Source: the human T2T-CHM13v2.0 reference genome, Homo sapiens
Direction: 5' to 3' (one strand)
Assembly (NCBI RefSeq): GCF_009914755.1
Contig: NC_060941.1
DNA: 64,000 nucleotides
This document shows positions 54,987 through 64,000 of this stretch, piece after piece. Under the pieces are notes generated by a model. It was not told the origin of the DNA, made no database searches, and saw only the letters and a program-made list of their open reading frames with translations. Made by a program: the position numbers and the translations under genes. How positions within the stretch are numbered: position 1 is the stretch's first letter; the number at the start of each line of letters is the position of its first letter.

Positions 54987-55999
54987 CCAGCCAACTTCTG
55001 AATGATAGGAGCAGACAGAGACTATTTTAATTTGAAAAAAATTGCTATAATATATTTTTCCCAGTTAAAAAGTTAATTAAAGGCAGTGGTTTTTTGTTTT
55101 GTTTTGTTTTCTTCCATAAAAAATATATAGGGTTTAGGTATCCTATTGAGCCTCAGGAAATTGAATAGAAATGGATATTCTATTTGGCAGTACAGAGGTT
55201 AAAAAAAAGAAAAGAAAAACCTGCATGGAATTTAGGCATCTTTTTTTTTTTTTTTTTGTAGCTGCCTTTTCAATAACAATTAAGTGATTAATATGATCAT
55301 TATTATTCAGAGATGTAGTCATATAAGCAAATATTTTGATGCTGAGCTTAAATGTTTCCATAGAAAAATTATCCTGATATTTTGGCCTCTGTATGAAAAA
55401 AAAAAAAAAAAAAAAGAAGGAAATGGGAAAGAGATCTAGGGCAAATTTTTAATAATATGGATTTTTCCCCCTTTCACATAGTGTGAAAGTTACAGTGGTT
55501 GCCAGCAGCACTAAAACAGTCAGACCACTTTCAGAAATTCAGTCACCTCTTAAACACTTAGAGGCTGCATTGAGTGAAAACCCGTTTTCAGAAGAGTTTC
55601 CAAGGAAGTAGAAAGTTTCCACACCCTACATCTTGTACTAAAAGAAATGGAAACAGGGGTCTGTCTGCCAAGAAGTCTGAATTGTTGTGTCACAGACTGT
55701 TGAACATTATAATCAGTAATAAAAATGGGAACATGCTTGATGCTACATTAAAATACACTTTGAAAAGCTTAGCCTAATAATATTTTTTTGATTTATTTTA
55801 TTATTATTGTTTTGCAATGCTTACAGTGTTTCCACATTTCAAATAACAATAAGAAAAGCAAGACAGGAAAAATAAACTTTAAATAGAGATCTTTAGAAGA
55901 AGTATATTGAAAAACTTCTTTTTTTTTTCTCAAAAATTACTTGGAAAAATCCTAGGATTGTCAATCTGATGAGCCAAAGGCTAGTAGTAGAAATTTTAG

Positions 56000-56480
56000 T
56001 CTTTGTTTTTCTAATTGTGAACACAATAGATGCTCATATAAAAATTGAAATGATTCAAAAAAGTATAGGAACAAAGTAAAAATCAGTCCCAGATTTCTCA
56101 AAGATAATCACTGTTAATGTTTCCAGACATAATTCTGGACATCTGTCCGTACATACATTGTATTAATGCATAGTTCAATATAATGTTGTGTAGACATAAT
56201 TTTATATAAATGGGTGCACACTTTGGGCTTTGGTTACATAGCTTTTTTCATTCAACAATATCTAGTTAACATTTTCCCGAGTCAATAAATATAAATCTAT
56301 TCAATTCTTATTCTTTTATTCATTATTCTGTGACATAGGTAATATACAAGTCATGGAGTTGATCTGTTGGTCATTTAGATTGTTTCTAATTCTTTGCTAC
56401 TTTTGAATAGTACTATCATAGACATCCTTGTATGTGTGGTTCAATTATCTTATTAGGATAAATTTCTTGAGGCAGAATTC
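56000..56480 (-). mobile_element. L1ME-type 3' remnant
   Basis: gataatcactgttaa; ggtcatttagattgtttcta; taggataaatttcttgaggcagaatt. Confidence 0.55.
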
Positions 56481-57858
56481 GTTCTTTCATTTATTTGTTC
56501 ATTGAATCAATAAACATTTATACAGAAAGATAGGTATTAGCTTAAGCACAGGGGATTTACAGGGGTAGAAAGAAAAAACCTTCTCCTTGTGGAGCTTACA
56601 TTTTTCGAAGCAAGGAACATCATAAATAAGCAAACAAACAATCAACAGATTATAAGTGTTATGGCAACAATAACATAAGGTGATTATTTTAAAAATAATT
56701 GGTAGCTCACTTTAGAGGGAGTGGACAGAAAAACTTCAATAAGGAGGGACTATTTGAGCTGAGACCCAAATGTGAAAATATGTACTCATGTATAAAAATG
56801 GAAGGCAGAGCACTACAAGTAGAGAGAAAAACAAGTGCAAAGACCTTGAAATAGGAAAGATCTTGGCCTGTTCGAGGGACAGGAAGAAAGCCAGTATGTC
56901 TGGCTTCCTGTATGTCAGGACGTGGGGAGAGCGGCAGGGGATTAAGGTTGAGATGCATGTCAAGGCCGGGTCATGTGAAGCACTGTATGTATTGTAAAGT
57001 GTTAGGGCTAACATCCTACTGCATTGGGAAGCCAACAGAGAGTTTTATATTGAGATCGTGAGTTTAAACGGATTGTCCCAGCTGCTATGTGTGTTTGGGG
57101 GAGGTTTGGGGTCAAGAGAGAGGACAGGGAAATGAATCAGAGTATATTTCAGTAATCCGAGGGGGAGTTGGACCAAGGAGTTTTGTGAAGTGGGGTTATG
57201 GATTAGGAATACTTTTCTTAACCTGTAATATGCTTACATCATACTAAACTTGAAGGGCCTCTTAGACACATGTATGGATATGCATCAGGCAGCTGGATAT
57301 CTGAATTCGGAACTTAGGGAAATGATAAACACTTAGAGAAATGAGTTATCAGCAGAAGGGTAGTATTAAAGGCTTGGAACTGGAGACAAAACTTACAAAG
57401 AAAGTATAGAAAGAGAAAAGTAGGGGGCTTAGGACTAGTCCCTGGGGCACTCAAAGGTTTAAAGACTGAGCAGAAGGGGGTGGTGGCCATCAGAGGAGGC
57501 TAAGCAGGAGTAGTCAGTGAGGTAGGAGGAAAACCAGGAGCATGAGTATCGCAGAAGCGAGAAGAGGTGGTGTTTTAGTAACTAAGACCAGCAAACTGTG
57601 TAAATTCCTACTGTGGTCTGAGTAAAATGAATACAGCAAAGTGTCTCCTGGATTTGGCAACACAGACATCACTGGTGACCCTAAGAAAGGCAGTTTAAGT
57701 AGAGTGGTGGAGATGGAGTCTTGGTCAAAGAGGGCTAAGGAGAGATTAGGTTACAAGGAAGTCCACAATGGCCAATTCTTTCAGAAATTTTACTTTTATG
57801 GGGAGAAAAAATGTGGCAGTGCATAAAGGGCAAGACACTTTGAAAAATAAAATATTCT

Positions 57859-58153
57859 TTTTTTTTTTTTTTAAGAGACAAAATCTCGCTCTGCTGCCCA
57901 GACTGGAGTGCAATGGCACAATCTGAGCTCACTGCCACCTCTGCCTCCCATGTTCAAGTGATTCTCCTGCCTCAGCCTCCCAGGCAGCTGTGATTACAGG
58001 CACCCACCACCACACCTGGATAATTTTTGTATTTTTGTAGAGATGAGGTTTTACCATGTTGGCCAGGCTGGTCTTGAACTCCTGACCTCGTAATCCGCCC
58101 ACTTTGGCCTCCTGAAGGGCTAGAATTACAGGTGTGAGCCACTGCTCCTGGCC
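57859..58153 (-). mobile_element. AluS
   Basis: Perfect 17-bp TSD gaaaaataaaatattct (57842-57858 / 58154-58170). Confidence 0.93.
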
Positions 58154-58829
58154 GAAAAATAAAATATTCTAAACTTGCTGATACTCTGATGGAAGTGACC
58201 CTGTAGGGAGAAAGAAATTGATAATGAAAGAGAGGTCAGTTAAAACCAAGGAGCCTCACTGGTGATTAGGTAAAAGGAGCTGGAACCCAGAAGAGAAGCG
58301 GAAGGGCCGACTGTAAGATGTGGTTATGCCAGGGAGTATGGCGGGCAGTGTCCACCAGACATGCATAGGCCACTAGACTTGGTGGTATTCTTTAAGGAAG
58401 TCCTCAAAGTATAACTATTTTCCCCTACAGCGTAGTTAGAGGCGAGACTGGAGGCTAAAACCGTGGTGAGAGAAGAAGGTGGTGGAAATTGAGGTGATAC
58501 AAAAAAGTATAAACGAATTGTTTCAGAAGAACACTAGACGTGGTAAGATGCTTAGTGTTAAGTGCTTATATGACCCGTGGTTATTAATTTAAATGGAGGC
58601 CAAATGGCGTGGCTGTATGTATGTGTGTATACATTTCCTGCCAGGTATACTACATGGGCATAAGTATGGAATAAAGAAATAACAGGGTTCACAGAGTTTG
58701 GGGTTTTCCTAGGTTATTGTAGCAGAGGAAGATAGAGGCAAGGGGCTGATGGATTTCGCAAAGTAGTGACTGAAGGGACAGAACATGGAATCTAAGCTGG
58801 ATAAAGAGGGAACTGTGGAGATGAGAGAG

Positions 58830-59013
58830 TGTTATGTGTGGAATTGTGTCCCACTCAATTCTACATTGAAATGCAAATCCTCAGTACCTCAGAATGTGAC
58901 TGTATTTGGAGACACGGCCTTTAAAGAAGCAAGTCCAGGAGGCAGAAGTTGCGGTGAGCTGAGATCGTGCCATTGCACACTCCAGCCTGGGCAACGAGAG
59001 CAAAACTCCATCT

Positions 59014-59050
<37 letters not shown>

Positions 59051-59339
59051 TCTGTTAAAATGAGGCCATTAGCGAAAAGCCTTTATCCAAAAAGACACAT
59101 TTCCTCACAAGAAGTATAAACTAAGACACAGCCACAAATAGAGGGAAGACCATGTGAAGACAGAAGGAGAAGATGTCTATCTACAAGCCTAGGAGAGAGG
59201 CATCAGAAGAAACCAACCAACCCTGTTGACTTCTTGACCTCAAAGTCTTAGCCTCCAGAATTGTGAGAAAAAAAAAATTTCTGTTGCATAGGCCATCCTG
59301 TCTGTGATACTGTCAGGACAGCACTAGCAGACGAACACA
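58830..59339 (+). mobile_element. MLT1B-like solo LTR
   Basis: tgttatgtgtggaattgtgtccc; gtacctcagaatgtgactgtatttggaga; TSD gagag/gaaag. Confidence 0.85.
58936..59043 (+). mobile_element. Strongly 5'-truncated AluS (~80 bp plus A-tail)
   Basis: TSD aagcaagtc (58927-58935 / 59044-59052); 31 consecutive A at 59015-59045. Confidence 0.9.
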
Positions 59340-60199
59340 GAAAGGTATAATAAAAGTAACAAAAAGATTGTTGGATCAACAAAGTATATGTTTAGCTGAC
59401 CACACACAGAATGGTTGGCATGAGAAAACAAGTACAAGTAAGTTTGAAAAATAGGGCATGGAAATGAGAAAGTAGGGTGCTTAAAAGTAAAATTATGAAG
59501 ACCATGAGGTTACTGGGAATGACAAAACCAAGGTTGGGACCCTGGGAGTGCTGAAGTAAGGCTGAAGAAAAGATTATTGAAGGAAAGGAGTGAAGATTGA
59601 GGGGAAAAGGTAGTTGATGAGGCATTCACGTGGATTCATGTTGAAGTCACACAGGAACGACAGAAGTAGGAGTAAGGAGGAAAATAGTGAATCAATGAAT
59701 AGAATATCCAACAAATGGGAGACAGAGAGAGAAATTGAGAGAGAGAGAGAGAGAGATCATAGATGATGATAATAAAGGCAGGGGATAGGTATGTTCTGGC
59801 TGCATTCAATTCAAACAAGGAAGGAAAGAAAAGGAGGAAGGAGAGAAAAGAGTTTAGAAGAGACAACTAGGAGGGAAGAAAGCATAATCCCTTCACCTCC
59901 AGACACTGAGGTACTTGGGGTTTAAACAAAAATCAACTTTCAGTGAAAGAACTGCCAAGCTGGCACTGTTCTCAGGGAGACCTAAAGTGGACTTAGGAGA
60001 AAAAAGGTGAAAGAACAAATCAGAATAGAGACTGAAGATATAGAGGTGCTTACCCATGCTTGGGCCACAAGTTCCATACGTCAAAGTAAGAGTTTGGGAC
60101 TATAGGGAAGATGACATGATACAAGGTTAGATTAGCAGATTAAGGATATGTTTCCAGGTGAAGATGGATGAGGCTTCATGCTGGAGTCTTAGAGATTAT

Positions 60200-62251
60200 T
60201 GATGTCAGTGGTGCGCTGTCTTGAGTAGCTGCTGTCATCATGCTGGCTGCAGCAGGGAGGCATGGCTGGGGCTGCCTGCTCCATGGAACCAGTGGGAGCC
60301 AGGGACATGTGGGAGTCCCACCCCTTCCAAGTTGGGGCGAGAGTTCCCCAGGTGCCACTGCAGCCACCCAAGCCTCAGCTGCGGACCCGGGAACCCCTGT
60401 GCTCTCTGGGCCCAGGAGCAGGTGGGAGCCCCACCCTCCTGGGCACAGCTGCAGTTGCCCAACCCATGGCTGCAGACCCAGGCCTCCTGTTGCATGGAGC
60501 AGGCAGGAGCTCAACCTTCCCAGGCAGGGCTGCAGCCACTCAAGTCATGGGTGCAGATCCAGGCCTCCTGCTCCAAAGAACAGCAGGAGCCCCACTTTTC
60601 TGGGCACAGCTGCAGCTGCCCACGTTGTGGCTGCGGACCCAGGCCTCCTTGTGCTTTTGGGGATGCTAGGAGCAGGCAGGAGTCCTGCACCCCTCAGGCC
60701 CAGCTGCAACTGCTGAAACCATGGCTGTGGACTCAAGCATTGCTGCACTCTTGGGGATCTGAGAAGGCTCCCCCTACCCTTGCAGGCTCGAAAGTAACTG
60801 CTTCCACTGCTGGCTTCTCCCTGCTGTTGGTGTCCGTTCCAATCTCAGAGCAAATTCAGGGCCAAGCCCAGGCACTGTCACAGCCCAGCCAGGTGTGCAC
60901 ATGCTCAGGGCAATGCTGACATGCCAGACCTCTGCTGCCTTGGCCACCTCCGGACTTGGGATGCTGATGAGCATAGGAGAGAAGCTGATGAGGGGGCTGA
61001 AGGCAGCTTAATGCTGGCCTACAGGTGCCCCTTGGCACCTACAGCCTGGGAGCCATGAACAGCTGCAGGAGAGAGGCAGGTTCCTGGGTGGAAGGGAACA
61101 GGTCCCTGGTGAGGCCCCACCTTCAGGACAGGGAGGGCCTGAAAGCTGGGGGCCAGGATGCCAGTCCCACAGACTGGAGTGGGAACTTGTGGTGCTTTTT
61201 CCAGGCCTGCCCATGGCTGCCCCTGGACCAATTGGCACACACTTCCTCCCTTCTGAGGCTCATAAAAGCCCTGGGCTCAGCCAAAGCTGAGCAGACATTG
61301 GGACGACTGGCTGCTGAGAGGAGGCACCCACTCCAGGGACTTCTCTCTGCTGTGAGCTGCAGACATCAGGATGACCAGCTACAGAGAGGAGCAACCCACT
61401 ACAGAACCTCCTCTCTGCTGAGAGCTACACAGATGGTGGGATGACCAGCTGGAGAGAGGAGCTACACTCTCTGCTGGGAGTGAACACTTGTTGGGACAAC
61501 CTGCCTGAAGAGCAGAGCTACTCTCTCTGCTAGGATCTGAACACTCAACAAGGCACCCTGGCTGTGGAAAGGAGCTGCCCCCTTCAGGAGACTGAGCTGT
61601 TCTATTGCTTAATGAAGCTCCTCTTTGTCTGGCTCACCCTTCACTTTGCATAATGTATTCTTCCTGGTTTCAGGACAAGAACTTGGGGCCTGCTGAATGG
61701 TGAGGCTAAAAGGGCTGTAACACAAACAGGGCTGAAGCATGCCCCTTTCTTGTCACATTGTGGGTGAAGAGAAGGAGAGAAGAGCTGCAGCCTTTCAGGC
61801 AGCCCAGACGTGGGAGCTCCCTGAGCCAGGGCTGTGACTCTCTCTCTGGGGCCCTGCAGTTCCTGGCATCTCCAAGCTTTCACGTGCCACTGCATTCCCC
61901 GGGGCCAGCCAGGGAAGTGGCTTGCTGTCCACCTGGTCCAGCCACAGCCTCGCAGAGAGCCAGTGCCATGACAGCACCTGGAGCTGCCTGCCCCATGGTA
62001 GCTGGCAGGCAACTGGTGGGTCTGACTGCACAGTGGCCAGACCCCACACCCACTCACACACCCATTGCTGCTCCACACCTGACTTGCGTCTCTTTTGAAG
62101 GTATGGGATTTAGGCTGGCACCGTGAGCTGTGCACCACCCGCCAGGCTGAGTGGGCAGAATGAGCCCAGCAGGCCCAAGCAAAACTTGGGCAAAGGCACG
62201 ACTGGCCACAGGTTTCCAGTCAGAAAAGTGACACCCCAAAGATCTGTAACA
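60200..62251 (+). mobile_element. MER52 (MER52D-like) ERV1 solo LTR, ~2.05 kb
   Basis: tgatgtcagtgg...gtgacaccccaaagatctgtaaca; ~80-bp internal repeats 60300-60790; TATA-like cataaaa ~61261. Confidence 0.8.
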
Positions 62252-62954
62252 CTAGGGTGATGAGAGATGTGAGGCTTTTCTTTGTATGGAGTTTTAGAGG
62301 GGGGTTATGAATATTTTAAGCTGGAAAGTGTAGGGAGACTGAATGGCCCACTGTTCTCAGAGATGAAGAGAGACTTCCTTTGAGATACTGGACTTGGAAG
62401 ACATTTCTCAGTAGTGTGCTGCTGGAGAGGTATTCTCACTAGAGCACCAGGAAGAATGAAGTATACATACATAAAAATGGAGATCCACGTGATTAATAAA
62501 CATAAGGTGCACATTATCAATAATAGCCAATTTACTACAAATAAAATGAGATATATTTTGTCTAGGAGATGGATACATGTTAGAAAATAATTTGTTCTAC
62601 TCTGTGTTGGTGAGGGTGGGAGAAAGATGCACGCTCCTTCACAGTTGTGACCAAATAAGTTAGTACAGCCCTTTGGCAGGGCTAGCTCATGAATATGCAA
62701 TCTTATTTTGAACATGCATCCCTTTAGCCCAGAAATCCCTTCATGTGGGTCAGTGAGAGTACTTCTTCTCTAGCAGTTGCTACTATGCTATTTCAGTTGT
62801 TATCTACCCTGTGTATATAATCCTGTCACTCTTAGTGTTACTACTCACAGAGTTCTCTGCATCTTCTTCAGAATGAATCTTATGTTTGTAGACCATGCAC
62901 TGGGTTTGGGTCACAAAGGTGTCATTTTTGAATCTTTATTTTTCTACTTACTAA

Positions 62955-63082
62955 CTACATGCTCTATTTTCACTGCAATGTGTCTACATGCCCTATTTTC
63001 ACTACACACTACAGTGTGTTTACATGCTCTATTTTCACTACACACTACAGTGTGTCTACATGCTCTATTTTCACTACAATGT
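62955..63082. repeat. Minisatellite, units of 29/36/36/27 bp
   Basis: ctacatgctctattttcactaca[cactaca]gtgtgt units. Confidence 0.95.
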
Positions 63083-63696
63083 TTTTCGATGGAAGTCAGG
63101 ATCATAATTCTCACCTGACGCAACTCAGCACTAAATGAAATGGTGTGTGTGAAATTGCCTGGTGTGATGGGACACACAGTTATCAGTCATGAATGTAAGG
63201 TAATGAAAGCAAGCCTTCAAGAAAGCACGTTTTAGTTATTGAGACTTTCCCCGCTGATTCTAATATGAGATGTAATATAAAAATAAAGTCTCCTACACAG
63301 ATTTGTTATTTTTTCTTTGCTATTTTTTATTCAAATTCAGGTCTACTTGCTCTAATTCAGATCTCCTGACCTGTAGAACATTGTCTGTGTGGCCTGCTGT
63401 TCCCATGCCCCTAGAAAATAAGCGGACTCTACTGATTTTCTCAATACTCGGGACTGTTACTTAACATTTGTTTTAAATTTTGTTAGGAAATGAGATTATG
63501 ACCCAAATAATTATGAGCAGAATAAATTATAAGCATAATAATTTTGAGACAAATATGAGATGAATATAATATCATCATTCAAACTTATTAAAGCCATTTA
63601 TCCACTTTTTGGGGGGCTAGAATGGCATTTTGTATTTTCCATAGATGGTTTCAACAATTTTAACCATTCTACGTGCAATGTTGAGATGTGGCCTTG

Positions 63697-64000
63697 TGTA
63701 ACCACACCAGACCAATCTGGTTCAACTTTTATGTCATGAAGCAGTGAGATGTTTTTCAGTTGCCCTGTGCCCCCAGTTTGAAGGTCACATAACCTGAGCA
63801 TGCCCAGATGAACCAAGAGTGCACCCTGGGTAGAATGTAAGTGCTCACATTGAGTGGGGACTGAATTACAAAACAGATGCCCTATAGCAGAACCCAGGAT
63901 CCAATCAAATGGAGCCTTGTTGTCACCCCATGGGAGGATCCAGTCAGATCATGCCTCTTGGCATCACCTCATTGTGAGATCCAATCAAATCACATCTCAG
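63697..64000 (+). mobile_element. LTR47-like (ERVL) LTR, runs off the window end
   Basis: tgtaaccacaccagaccaatctggttcaacttttatgt; repeated gatccaatca (CCAAT) motifs. Confidence 0.75.

Larger units (their letters stand above)
56485..60199 (-). mobile_element. Long L2 from the 3' end into the endonuclease region, interrupted by Alu and MLT1B
   Basis: ttcatttatttgttcattgaatcaataaacattt 3' end; gacatcactggtgaccc (KVTND-like); gttgaagtcac (DFN-like) at ~59640. Confidence 0.7.

Noticed and set aside
60176-62239. Cluster of overlapping ORFs up to 232 aa on both strands
   Set aside because: All lie inside the GC-rich, internally repetitive MER52 LTR
62955-63082. 36-bp palindrome-containing repeats resembling a CRISPR array
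   Set aside because: Units are directly adjacent with no spacers, there are no cas genes, and the context is primate DNA

Overview
Repeat-dense, AT-rich, CpG-depleted primate genomic DNA (human/great-ape-like, from an L1PA2/3-type LINE and AluS/AluJ SINEs), apparently intergenic or deep intronic. I recognise no protein-coding exon, tRNA/rRNA/snRNA gene, CpG island or CRISPR. The ORFs I could attribute come from L1, Alu, MaLR/ERV LTR, Tigger1 or low-complexity sequence; the rest are short and unrecognised. More than half of the window is transposable element, often nested 3-4 layers deep with readable target-site duplications (TSDs). Subfamily names come from recalled consensus motifs, not a RepeatMasker run. 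I cannot show a new biological system. The signals not explained by the TE annotation are: (1) a ~175-bp templated, iteratively re-primed inverted insertion in Charlie1 (47031-47271); (2) a plus-strand recursive-splice-site motif with a downstream donor (23324-23556); (3) a candidate spliced, polyadenylated minus-strand 3' end (20865-21988) plus scattered plus-strand exon candidates; (4) an old ~167-bp direct duplication with near-invariant ends (38485-38651 / 39818-39983); (5) four 5'-inverted (twin-primed) L1s of different ages; (6) a 16-bp nested palindrome and a ~695-bp polypyrimidine tract.
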